From the IMG/VR virus record IMGVR_UViG_3300015608_004971: a stretch of 64,000 nt of DNA; one strand, given 5' to 3'. The number at the start of each line of letters is the position of its first letter. Within the stretch, counting starts at the first letter, position 1. A program made the position numbers and the translations under genes. This document shows, piece by piece, positions 36,555-45,104 of this stretch. The notes beneath the pieces are model-generated. The model saw only the letters and a program-made list of their open reading frames with translations. It was not told the DNA's origin and made no database searches. This stretch comes from a virus (lineage: Duplodnaviria > Caudoviricetes).

Positions 36555-38108
36555 ATGCAAAATTTTGTTAATAAAAAAGATTTTAAAAATACTGTTGTAA
36601 AAAATGCACAATATATGTCAGAAACAGTTGGTTCAACTTTAGGGCCGCATGGAAAAAATGTGCTATTAAAAGCTAAGGATGGGAATCCTCTTATCACAAA
36701 AGATGGCGTAACAGTAGCAAAATTCCTTAAAGGAAAAACAGCAGAAGACGATGCAATTATCAACATAATAAGACAAGCATCGCTGGCTACAGCGAGAGAG
36801 GCTGGAGATGGGACAACATCTACAGTTGTTTTAGCTTCTGATTTACTGGCAACTGGGATTGAAAAAGAGTGGCATCATATTGAGAATTCTTTTAATGAAT
36901 TTTATGATTTTGTTGTTGATAAGTTAAAAGAAAATTCATTTCAAATAGAATCTATCGAAGATATAGAAAACATAGCAACATTATCGGCTAATAATGATAG
37001 AAAATTGGGACATATCGTTGCAGATGCAGTAGATTCTGTTGGGAAAAATGGTTCAATAACAATTCAAAAAAGTCCAAATCATGATACATTCACAAAAACG
37101 TATGATGGTTTCCAATTTCAGAGTGGCTATTTTAGTTCAAGATTTATTACTAACGAAAAATCGTCGTCAGTAGACTATGGAGAAAGTAATATTTTCATTA
37201 CAGACTTTAAACTTACGAATTTAGAACCACTGCTGCCGATGCTTGCTTTGGCCACAAGAGAAAATAAGCCATTAATTATTATCGCAGATGATTTTGATGG
37301 CGAAGTAATTGCATCATTTATGGCAAATGCATTAAAAGGAACACTGAAGATCTGTCCAATAAAAGCACCAAAATATGGCCAGTCAAAAGTAGATTTTCTT
37401 GAAGATTTGGCAGATGTAACAGGTGGTACATTTTTTTCTAGAATAGAATTTGCAAGCTTAAATGATTTTGACTTTAATAAAGCAACACCAGCAATATTTG
37501 GAAAAATTAATCAAATTACAATTGATAGAAAATCAACAAATATAATTTCTGCATTGAATAATAACGAAAAAGTTTTAAATAAAATAAATCATCTAAAAGA
37601 TTCGCTTCGTGCCGCAAACGAAGCAGAAGGAAGAGAAATTCAAGAAAGAATAACAAGATTGGCGTCAACAATGTCGATAATCTATGTTGGCGGTTCCTCA
37701 GACATTGAAATAGAAGAAAAAAGACATAGAATTGAAGATGCAATTGAGGCGGTCAAATCTGCACAAGAATTTGGCTATCAAATTGGTGGAACATTCCCGC
37801 TTTTGAAGATAATTCAAGATTATCAACCTGATAATCAAAATATAATATTATTAAGATCTTGTTATTCAATAATAAGAAAAATTATTGAAAATGGAAATTA
37901 TAATATATCTTTTGAGGAAATTTTTGAGTTTTGCAAGAACAATAAAGATAATAAAGAAATAGGATTAGATTTTCTAACAAAACAAAAAATAAATTATAAA
38001 GAAAAAGGAATTATTGAGCCAACAAAAGTAACAATAAGCATTTTAAAGAATACAATTTCAATTGCCTCTGTCCTTTTGGCTACTTCTTGCTCAATTTGTG
38101 AATTATAA
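36555..38108 (+). CDS. groEL: GroEL-like chaperonin
   Basis: 'TLGPHGKNV', 'ITKDGVTVAK', 'AGDGTTS', 'SANND', 'IKAPKYG', 'RIEDAI.A'. Confidence 0.93.
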   Translation: MQNFVNKKDFKNTVVKNAQYMSETVGSTLGPHGKNVLLKAKDGNPLITKDGVTVAKFLKGKTAEDDAIINIIRQASLATAREAGDGTTSTVVLASDLLATGIEKEWHHIENSFNEFYDFVVDKLKENSFQIESIEDIENIATLSANNDRKLGHIVADAVDSVGKNGSITIQKSPNHDTFTKTYDGFQFQSGYFSSRFITNEKSSSVDYGESNIFITDFKLTNLEPLLPMLALATRENKPLIIIADDFDGEVIASFMANALKGTLKICPIKAPKYGQSKVDFLEDLADVTGGTFFSRIEFASLNDFDFNKATPAIFGKINQITIDRKSTNIISALNNNEKVLNKINHLKDSLRAANEAEGREIQERITRLASTMSIIYVGGSSDIEIEEKRHRIEDAIEAVKSAQEFGYQIGGTFPLLKIIQDYQPDNQNIILLRSCYSIIRKIIENGNYNISFEEIFEFCKNNKDNKEIGLDFLTKQKINYKEKGIIEPTKVTISILKNTISIASVLLATSCSICEL

Positions 38109-38113
38109 ATAAA

Positions 38114-38121
38114 CTATTTAT
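38114..38121 (+). promoter_or_regulatory. Putative late promoter motif CTATTTAT
   Basis: Intergenic, before the holin-like gene. Confidence 0.5.
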
Positions 38122-38170
38122 TATGATCTTTTGATCTAAAATTATTATCATCAATTGAAGGAAAACAAGA

Positions 38171-38491
38171 ATGAACAATGACTCTGTTAATAGTAAAGAA
38201 ATTTACAATCAATTGATCGAAATAACAAAGCAGTTGCAAGAAAACGGCAAGCAGGCCAGCAAAATATCAGATCTTGATAGATTAATAAACAAAGTAGAAG
38301 ATATGGGTACAAAAGTAGATAATCTATCAATTAAAATAGCTTCAATAGAAAAGCCCGATGAGGGTCTTTACTCTCGTGTTAGAGATATAGAAAAGTGGAA
38401 AGAAGGTGTCGTAAAAATTGTTACAGTTATCGGTACGGCCGTTATTGGTCTTATAGGTAAAGTAGCATATGATCTTCTTGCGAAGAAATAA
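38171..38491 (+). CDS. Coiled-coil protein with C-terminal TM helix (holin-like)
   Basis: 'GLYSRVRDIEKW' then hydrophobic 'VVKIVTVIGTAVIGLIG'. Confidence 0.45.
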   Translation: MNNDSVNSKEIYNQLIEITKQLQENGKQASKISDLDRLINKVEDMGTKVDNLSIKIASIEKPDEGLYSRVRDIEKWKEGVVKIVTVIGTAVIGLIGKVAYDLLAKK

Positions 38492-38509
38492 CAATAAAAC
38501 GGATAAATA

Positions 38510-38962
38510 ATGAAAAATAAAAATGCAAAAGAGAGCTTTGAAAAGCTTAAGGAGCTTATATTATCTAAATATCCCGATTTAACTGGAATTGAAGAATCAA
38601 AAAATAAAGAACAACAAACATATTATGATCTAAAAGATAGAAAAATTTATATCTATTATCGAATGCAAACAAATAAAAAGATTTTTTTCCTTCTTCATGA
38701 AGCTGGGCATCATGCTTATAGAAGTAATAAATTATTACAAAATAAATTTACATCACTTTCAAAAGGCATCAATAGTGCCTCTTTAACAAAAAGAACAAGA
38801 TTAGACCATCTAAGAGAAGAGTTTGGGGCATGGGAAATAGCTTTTGAGCTTGCTGATGAGTTTGATATAGAAATTGATTATTCTGATATGAGAATACTTC
38901 TTCATAGCTGCTTATTTCATTATATAGAATGGTTTAAGAATCCTAAAAAATATAGATTTTAA
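38510..38962 (+). CDS. ImmA/IrrE-like HEXXH metallopeptidase
   Basis: 'FFLLHEAGH', 'EEFGAW'. Confidence 0.6.
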   Translation: MKNKNAKESFEKLKELILSKYPDLTGIEESKNKEQQTYYDLKDRKIYIYYRMQTNKKIFFLLHEAGHHAYRSNKLLQNKFTSLSKGINSASLTKRTRLDHLREEFGAWEIAFELADEFDIEIDYSDMRILLHSCLFHYIEWFKNPKKYRF

Positions 38963-38970
38963 GAGGACAA

Positions 38971-39636
38971 ATGAATTATAATTTTATTCCAATCGATAAA
39001 GCCCCGACTGGCTTTAAATATAGAAAAGAATTCGAAGCAGCATATTTGAATTCACATTACGCAGGAATTCCCGATCTAGGAAGAAAAAATTGGCTTTGCG
39101 GAATGAAGATCGACCCAGACATATATAAAACAATGTATTCTGCTGATATGTCGGAAGAAAATTATCTCAAATCTATTATGAAATATATGACTGATAAGGT
39201 TCATGGTCGAAAATTTAGACCAATTTATGGAAATTGTGTATATTTTAAACATAGACTTGTCAAGAGCAATTCAAAAGAATGGTTTGAATTATTATTTTAT
39301 ACGAACAAAGAAGATGTTGAAGTTTTTCTTGATATTTATAAAGAATTAGGAAAAACAAAAGATGACGACGCTCAGCAAAAAGAGTTAGATAAGGCAAAAG
39401 AAGAAATGGATAAAGCGCAGCCAGATGCAGATCCAGAAAATATTATCAAATCTATCTTGAGTGGCGATAATATTCCTCAAAAAAGAAAAAGAGGCAGACC
39501 ACCAAAATCAGCATCATTTTCTTTAAAGTCGTTCAAGGATGCATCAGTTTCTCCAATGGAACAAGTTAAAAAGAATATGTCTAAAACGAACACAAATGGC
39601 CCTAAAAAAAGAGGAAGACCCAAAAAGGTACGCTAA
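38971..39636 (+). CDS. AT-hook-containing protein
   Basis: 'KRKRGRPPK' and 'KKRGRPKK'. Confidence 0.6.
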   Translation: MNYNFIPIDKAPTGFKYRKEFEAAYLNSHYAGIPDLGRKNWLCGMKIDPDIYKTMYSADMSEENYLKSIMKYMTDKVHGRKFRPIYGNCVYFKHRLVKSNSKEWFELLFYTNKEDVEVFLDIYKELGKTKDDDAQQKELDKAKEEMDKAQPDADPENIIKSILSGDNIPQKRKRGRPPKSASFSLKSFKDASVSPMEQVKKNMSKTNTNGPKKRGRPKKVR

Positions 39637-39637
39637 T

Positions 39638-39645
39638 CTATTTAT
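39638..39645 (+). promoter_or_regulatory. Putative late promoter motif CTATTTAT
   Basis: Intergenic, before 39673 and the lysin-like gene. Confidence 0.5.
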
Positions 39646-39672
39646 AATAAAGAATTAATTTTGGGGATTAAA

Positions 39673-40167
39673 ATGAATTTCAATAAATGGAAAAATTTTT
39701 TAAATGAACAAAAATATAATCCAAAAATTGGATATCATAGAACAACAATAAAAAATTTTGAATTAATAAAAAATAATGGCTTATTGATAAATCAAGATTC
39801 AAATTTTTTATTGAGCGAAAAAAATTTGATGAAAAACATATATAAAGGAAATATTCCGCTATTCTTTTCATTAGATATTGATACAAGCAGAAGATATAAA
39901 ATGGAAAATGATATTTGTTTAGTGATTGATGTTTCACATTTTAATCTATATCCAGATGTTTGGTCTTTAATAGATTTTGGTGCTTTTCTTGAAGAAGAAA
40001 GTTTCTGGTTTAAAAATCCTCCAGGATTATTAAAAGAATATGATGAGATTTATTATAATGAATTATTTGATGATAATCTTCTTATTCAAAATTGTATTTT
40101 AACAACAAAAACATTTACAATATTAAATAATATCAATAAAAATAATATTATAGAGGTTATAAAATAA
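39673..40167 (+). CDS. Hypothetical protein, possible ADP-ribosyltransferase-like fold
   Basis: 'GYHRT....I..NGL', 'LFFS' resemble ART/Tpt1-fold motifs. Confidence 0.35.
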   Translation: MNFNKWKNFLNEQKYNPKIGYHRTTIKNFELIKNNGLLINQDSNFLLSEKNLMKNIYKGNIPLFFSLDIDTSRRYKMENDICLVIDVSHFNLYPDVWSLIDFGAFLEEESFWFKNPPGLLKEYDEIYYNELFDDNLLIQNCILTTKTFTILNNINKNNIIEVIK

Positions 40168-40992
40168 ATGAGCAATATTTTTAAAACTTTATTCGATTGG
40201 TTTGCAACTTTATTTACAGCGGCAAACGAAACACCAAAAGAACAGCTAACAGGAATTGACAGACGCTTTCCCGAAGGTCGCGGTTTTTATATTTGGCGTC
40301 TTGAAAAATGTTATGGCGGCGATCTTGACAAAATAATTGAAAGATGTAAAAAAAGCCATATAACTTGGGTTGCAGTTAAATGTGGTGACCAAGGACGCCA
40401 ATGGAACCAATTTACGAAACAAATGGTTAAGCGATTTACCGATTCAGGAATTCGTGTTTGGGCTTGGTCATATGATACACCAACATTTTTAAAAGAACAA
40501 ACAGAAGTATATAAAAAAGTTTTAGGTATGGGTATAGATGGGGTACTGGTCAACGCAGAGCAAGAATGGAAACAATCTAATGTTGATAAAGTAGCTGCCA
40601 AATATATGGATATGCTTAGAGCAATTATTCCAAAAGATAAAGGATTGGCACATGCTCCATTTGCATTAATTTCATATCATCAAAAATTTCCATATACAGA
40701 ATTTGGAAAAAAGTGTGATTGGGTTTCACCACAAATGTATTGGTATGCATTTGGCTGGTCAGTATCAGATGCGCAAGATAAAACACAAACATCGTGGAAT
40801 CGTTTTGCAACACAAAAACCAGAAGCAAATAAACCATTAGTCATGGGCGGCTCATCATGGGGAAAAACAAAACCAGCAGATTGTATAGCATTTGAGAAAT
40901 TAAGAAAATTATCGGGCGATAAAGCTGTTCTTTATTGGGAATTTTCCCAAACAGATGAAAAAGTATTTGATATATTTACTCAACCTTATTAG
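40168..40992 (+). CDS. TIM-barrel glycoside hydrolase, putative endolysin
   Basis: 'GFYIW', 'WVAVKCGD', 'GIRVWAWSY', 'DGVLVNAE.EW', 'PQMYW'. Confidence 0.55.
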   Translation: MSNIFKTLFDWFATLFTAANETPKEQLTGIDRRFPEGRGFYIWRLEKCYGGDLDKIIERCKKSHITWVAVKCGDQGRQWNQFTKQMVKRFTDSGIRVWAWSYDTPTFLKEQTEVYKKVLGMGIDGVLVNAEQEWKQSNVDKVAAKYMDMLRAIIPKDKGLAHAPFALISYHQKFPYTEFGKKCDWVSPQMYWYAFGWSVSDAQDKTQTSWNRFATQKPEANKPLVMGGSSWGKTKPADCIAFEKLRKLSGDKAVLYWEFSQTDEKVFDIFTQPY

Positions 40993-41023
40993 TTAAGGTT
41001 CATGGATTTTTTTGAGTTTTGCG

Positions 41024-41061
41024 GCGGTGATTGGTCGGCCTTTCACCGCTTTTTCTTTTTT
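41024..41061 (+). terminator. Rho-independent terminator
   Basis: GCGGTGA...TCACCGC followed by T-tracts. Confidence 0.75.
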
Positions 41062-41073
41062 AAAGAGGAAATT

Positions 41074-42192
41074 ATGACAAATAAAATTATTATGCAAAAA
41101 GATGATAAAAAATGGGAATGTGAAGTCTCTGAAAATAAAATAAAATATGTTTGGGGCCAAATCAATGGAATTATGCAAGAGTTAAATGTAGAGATCGACT
41201 CTGGAAAAAACATTGGCAAAAAAAATGAAACAACAAAGGAACAACAAGCTATAGTTGAGGCAAAAGCAAAAATTAACAATAAAATAAAAGAAGGATATTT
41301 GATTATATCAAATACATTTACAGAAAAATTTAAAAAACAAAGAGAATGTCCACAACCAATGCTTGCAAAAGAATGGAAAGCAAGAGAGCGTTTTATAAAT
41401 GATGGCGATGAATTCTTTTATCAACCAAAACTTGATGGAATTCGTTGTATTGCTAATGTGGCAACTGGAAAACTTTATTCAAGAAAGGGTGAAGAGATAA
41501 CCACAATGCAGCATATTGCAAAAGAAATTATGTCAATTGGAATATCATCTAAAATTCCTCTATCATCTGATTGGCTTGATGGCGAGCTTTATATACATAA
41601 AAAAGGTTTTCAATCTTTAATGAGTATTATTCGTTCAAACGTTAACCATCACGAAGAAGCAGAAACTATTGAATATCATGTATATGACTATATTGATGAA
41701 GCAAATGGCTTCAAAGATAGAAATTTAAAATTAAAAAATTTATTTAAAAACAATGATTTTGCTCATATTAAATTTGTTGAGGGAAAATCAATTTTAATTA
41801 ATGAAATTGAACTTGTTCATGATAAATGTGTCGAAGAAGGCTATGAAGGAATAATGATTCGCCTTGCTAATGCACCATATGAAACAAAGCGATCATCAAG
41901 TCTCTTGAAATATAAAAAATTTATTCAAGAAGAATATCCAATTATTGGCTTCTCAAGAGAGAAACATAATGAGACTTTGGCTGCTCTAATTCTCCAAACA
42001 AATGATGGAAAACAATTTGAAGCAACACCTTCAATGACAGATGATGAAAAACTTGATATTTGGCAAAATCAAGATAAATATAGAAATAATGAATTTTTTG
42101 CGACAGTAAAATTTCAAGAATATACGGACGATAAAAAGCCACGTTTTCCAGTGTGTATTGGCTTAAGACATATGTCTGACATGGACAATTAA
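41074..42192 (+). CDS. ATP-dependent DNA ligase with WGR-like N-terminus
   Basis: 'PMLA', 'QPKLDGIRC', 'LDGELY', 'GYEGIMIR', 'LLKYK', 'PRFPV'. Confidence 0.92.
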   Translation: MTNKIIMQKDDKKWECEVSENKIKYVWGQINGIMQELNVEIDSGKNIGKKNETTKEQQAIVEAKAKINNKIKEGYLIISNTFTEKFKKQRECPQPMLAKEWKARERFINDGDEFFYQPKLDGIRCIANVATGKLYSRKGEEITTMQHIAKEIMSIGISSKIPLSSDWLDGELYIHKKGFQSLMSIIRSNVNHHEEAETIEYHVYDYIDEANGFKDRNLKLKNLFKNNDFAHIKFVEGKSILINEIELVHDKCVEEGYEGIMIRLANAPYETKRSSSLLKYKKFIQEEYPIIGFSREKHNETLAALILQTNDGKQFEATPSMTDDEKLDIWQNQDKYRNNEFFATVKFQEYTDDKKPRFPVCIGLRHMSDMDN

Positions 42193-42193
42193 T

Positions 42194-42466
42194 ATGTTTT
42201 TTCTTATCACAAATGGAAATAATTATGATAATGCAGATAGAGTAAATCTCTTTTATAAAAAAGACAAAACACACTATAAAAGAAATGATGGACCAGCTTG
42301 GAATTTATTTTATCCATGTTATGTTCTTTATAACAAAAAAAATCGTCTTCTAATTTATAATCGTGATGACCCTTTATATGAGGCAAACACTACAGATAAA
42401 ATAAAAGAAAAATTTTATTTATTAAATTCAATAATTTTTAAAGAAATTAAAATTGATATAATTTAG
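42194..42466 (+). CDS. Small hypothetical protein
   Basis: 90 aa; 'KRNDG' and end 'DII' loosely match the small family at 44.4-46.7 kb. Confidence 0.45.
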   Translation: MFFLITNGNNYDNADRVNLFYKKDKTHYKRNDGPAWNLFYPCYVLYNKKNRLLIYNRDDPLYEANTTDKIKEKFYLLNSIIFKEIKIDII

Positions 42467-42590
42467 TTTATCACAAAAGTCTGTTGCCAACTTGTCGCTT
42501 GACAATGTTCTAGCTTCGCTGTATCGCGCGCCCCTGTGTGCGCGAAGTCTTTAAGGTGTATGGTGCTATCCAAGCCGCTTTGGCTTTCGC

Positions 42591-42653
42591 TTGACAGCCA
42601 GCGCCAGCCGTGCTATCATGCTTCGAGCTTCACAGCGGCAACGATAAAGCCGC
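42591..42653 (+). promoter_or_regulatory. Early promoter/stem-loop cassette, copy 1
   Basis: TTGACA-gccagcgccagccgtgc-TATCAT-gcttc; hairpin GCGGC-aacgataaa-GCCGC. Confidence 0.88.
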
Positions 42654-42676
42654 AGCAAGCAGCAAGGAATCAGCAA

Positions 42677-43072
42677 ATGAGCAGCCAAAACGAAACAATC
42701 CTTAAGCTCGTTGCCGAGCTTAAGGCATCAGCAATTGATGGCCTTTCCATTGATATTTCGGAAAAGCCGGACGGATCGGTTTCGGTCGTTTTTTGCCAGC
42801 CTTCGGCGGAAATCGATCTTGATCTGCCGACCGAAATTTGGGATAGTGATGCCAAAGTTTGGAAGAATAAAAACGGGCAGATTCACCGCGATGGTGATTT
42901 GCCAGCATTTGAAAGGGCCAACGGAGATAAATTTTATTATAAAGAAGGAAAGCTTCACCGCGACGGTGATCTTCCTGCTATTGAATATGCTTGCGGTGAT
43001 AAAGAGTATTGTAAAAATGGAAAGCTTCACCGCGATGGCGATAAGCCTGCCGTTGTATATATAGACAGATAA
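42677..43072 (+). CDS. HRDGDLPA-repeat protein, paralog A (3 repeats)
   Basis: AAGGA RBS then 'MSSQNETILKLVAELK...'; 24-aa repeats. Confidence 0.8.
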   Translation: MSSQNETILKLVAELKASAIDGLSIDISEKPDGSVSVVFCQPSAEIDLDLPTEIWDSDAKVWKNKNGQIHRDGDLPAFERANGDKFYYKEGKLHRDGDLPAIEYACGDKEYCKNGKLHRDGDKPAVVYIDR

Positions 43073-43106
43073 CAATAAAGAATTTGATATAAAAGGACTT
43101 TATTAA

Positions 43107-43847
43107 ATGAATTTGATTATTGTAGATTTTGATGGAACACTTTGTAATAGCGATCTAAAGCCTCACAGACATAAAGGCGATTGGTGGGGTAATCTTGAAT
43201 CTTTAAAAAATATCCCTGAAATAAATGGTCCTCTTCTTCAAGAAATTGACGAATATAAACAATCTCTTTGCAAGATCGTTATTATGACAGGTCGAACAGA
43301 GATTTTTAATGATAGAATTGTAGAAATTCTTGAACATCATAATGTTTTAAAATCTTATGATTACGATGAGCTGATAACACAGCCATTGAAAACCTTTGTT
43401 AACACAAAGGCTTATAAAAAGGAAATGCTTAAGGCGCTTCTTCGTCAATATCCAGATGTTGAAACTGTTATTGCTTATGATGACAAAGATATGTTTAAAG
43501 AGCCTTACGAAGAAGTATGTAAAACATTCGGTGTAGCACTTGAATATAAGCACACACCAAATGCGTTTCCACAAAGTATGAAAAGAATTACTTTTGACAA
43601 GAACCAAAAAGATAAATTCTTTGAGTTCATTAAGGGAAACAACTCTATTCTTGACGAACTCGGACGTAAAGTTAAAGATGTTGTTTTTTGTGATCTTGAT
43701 ATAATGCAAGAACACAATATTCTTTCATCATCTGATAGAGATGGAAATTATCGTGTTGATTTATATGTAATTGATCTTATTGAGGACGAGAATATGTTCT
43801 CATTTTATTTAAATGACCACCCAACAATCGCATCTTGTGGATTTTAA
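43107..43847 (+). CDS. HAD-family phosphatase (polynucleotide 3'-phosphatase-like)
   Basis: 'VDFDGTL', 'MTGR', 'YK', 'YDD'. Confidence 0.75.
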   Translation: MNLIIVDFDGTLCNSDLKPHRHKGDWWGNLESLKNIPEINGPLLQEIDEYKQSLCKIVIMTGRTEIFNDRIVEILEHHNVLKSYDYDELITQPLKTFVNTKAYKKEMLKALLRQYPDVETVIAYDDKDMFKEPYEEVCKTFGVALEYKHTPNAFPQSMKRITFDKNQKDKFFEFIKGNNSILDELGRKVKDVVFCDLDIMQEHNILSSSDRDGNYRVDLYVIDLIEDENMFSFYLNDHPTIASCGF

Positions 43848-44396
43848 ATGTTAAAAAGAATCTTGACAGCAATCCGGCTACACAAACCGAAGGTTATTTT
43901 TATGCACGGACTTCCATGCAGTGGAAAGTCTACTTATGTTAGTAAACTTGTTGCAGTCAACAATAAACTTGTTGTGATTTCTTACGACGATGAAGTTCAA
44001 GAGATTGCAAAAAAGAATGGACTTGAATATAACGATCTCTTTAGAAGCTTGCTCGGAAAAGAATTAAGAAAAGAAGCTTCCAAAAGCCTAGAAGAAAAAA
44101 TTAATAAAAATATTAAAAAGTGTGAAGATATTGTGTTTGATTTAACAAATACATCATTCTTTGCAAGAAAACGAGCATTAAGTTATTTTGAAAACTCAAA
44201 ATATTTCAAAGAAATACACATAATGCCTTTTCTTGATAAACAAGAATTCATTGAAAGAGAAACGATCAGATATGAAGAACTTTTGAAATATGGAATAGAA
44301 AAATCAATAAGCGTATCAGTTTATGATAAATTTGCGAAAGATTATTCGGTTCCGACAGAAAAAGAGGGATTCAATAGAATTATTGAAATTAAATGA
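43848..44396 (+). CDS. P-loop kinase (polynucleotide kinase-like)
   Basis: 'HGLPCSGKST', 'ISYD', 'DLTN....R', 'PTEKEGF'. Confidence 0.8.
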   Translation: MLKRILTAIRLHKPKVIFMHGLPCSGKSTYVSKLVAVNNKLVVISYDDEVQEIAKKNGLEYNDLFRSLLGKELRKEASKSLEEKINKNIKKCEDIVFDLTNTSFFARKRALSYFENSKYFKEIHIMPFLDKQEFIERETIRYEELLKYGIEKSISVSVYDKFAKDYSVPTEKEGFNRIIEIK

Positions 44397-44560
44397 TTAC
44401 CTATAGCAATAGAGATGTTTATTTTTATAAAACAAAAATGTTTGGCTATATATGTGAGCGTTTTGATGGCCGATATAATAAAAGAGAGTTAATTGATACG
44501 CAAAAACATATTCTTGATATGCGTGAATTTGAAGATTCTTTCAAAAAGGATCATATATAA
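44393..44560 (+). CDS. Small paralog (55 aa), not in ORF track
   Basis: MITYSNRDVYFYKTKMFGYICERFDGRY...KKDHI*; overlaps both neighbours' stop/start codons. Confidence 0.6.
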   Translation: MITYSNRDVYFYKTKMFGYICERFDGRYNKRELIDTQKHILDMREFEDSFKKDHI

Positions 44561-44808
44561 TGATATCTTATTGTCTTGCAAATGATTTTTATGATTATAA
44601 AAATTTCTTTTGGTATGATAAACGAAGTAATCATATCAGATTAGATGGAAACATACAAAATGGAATCCACGCTTCAGCCTCAACAGCTATGTTAACATTG
44701 CTTATTGAATTAAATGTCTATAATGGTAGTCTGCCTTCAGATTTTGAATTATCAAAAGCAATAATAATTGCAAATCATAGAATTTCATTTTATCAGGATT
44801 TTATTTGA
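44560..44808 (+). CDS. Small paralog (MI.Y...R.DG...DFI)
   Basis: Shared motif pattern with neighbours. Confidence 0.6.
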   Translation: MISYCLANDFYDYKNFFWYDKRSNHIRLDGNIQNGIHASASTAMLTLLIELNVYNGSLPSDFELSKAIIIANHRISFYQDFI

Positions 44809-44824
44809 AAAAGGATCATAATCT

Positions 44825-45091
44825 ATGATAGCATATTACATTTATGATACATCATGCCTTTTTTTCACATATTGTTTATATACTAACGAAAAAAATAAAT
44901 TATGTCGCAGTTATAGATTTGATGGAAAATTAACACAAAAATTTTTTATGTCCACTGATGAAATCGAATCTGCCGTTTATGCACTAAAAGACAGTAGAGT
45001 TCACTGCAATGATATACGGAGAAACGAACCTGATGCTATTAAAATAAAAAAATTAAATCGCAAAATCATTTTCAAACAAGATTTTATTTAA
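44825..45091 (+). CDS. Small paralog (MI.Y...R.DG...DFI)
   Basis: Shared motif pattern with neighbours. Confidence 0.6.
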   Translation: MIAYYIYDTSCLFFTYCLYTNEKNKLCRSYRFDGKLTQKFFMSTDEIESAVYALKDSRVHCNDIRRNEPDAIKIKKLNRKIIFKQDFI

Positions 45092-45104
45092 AAAGGAATA
45101 AAAA

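Noticed and set aside
42536-42676. N-terminal 'LDSQRQPCYHAS' extensions of ORFs 42536 and 53900
   Set aside because: Translation of the promoter cassette; real starts are likely 42677 and 54095
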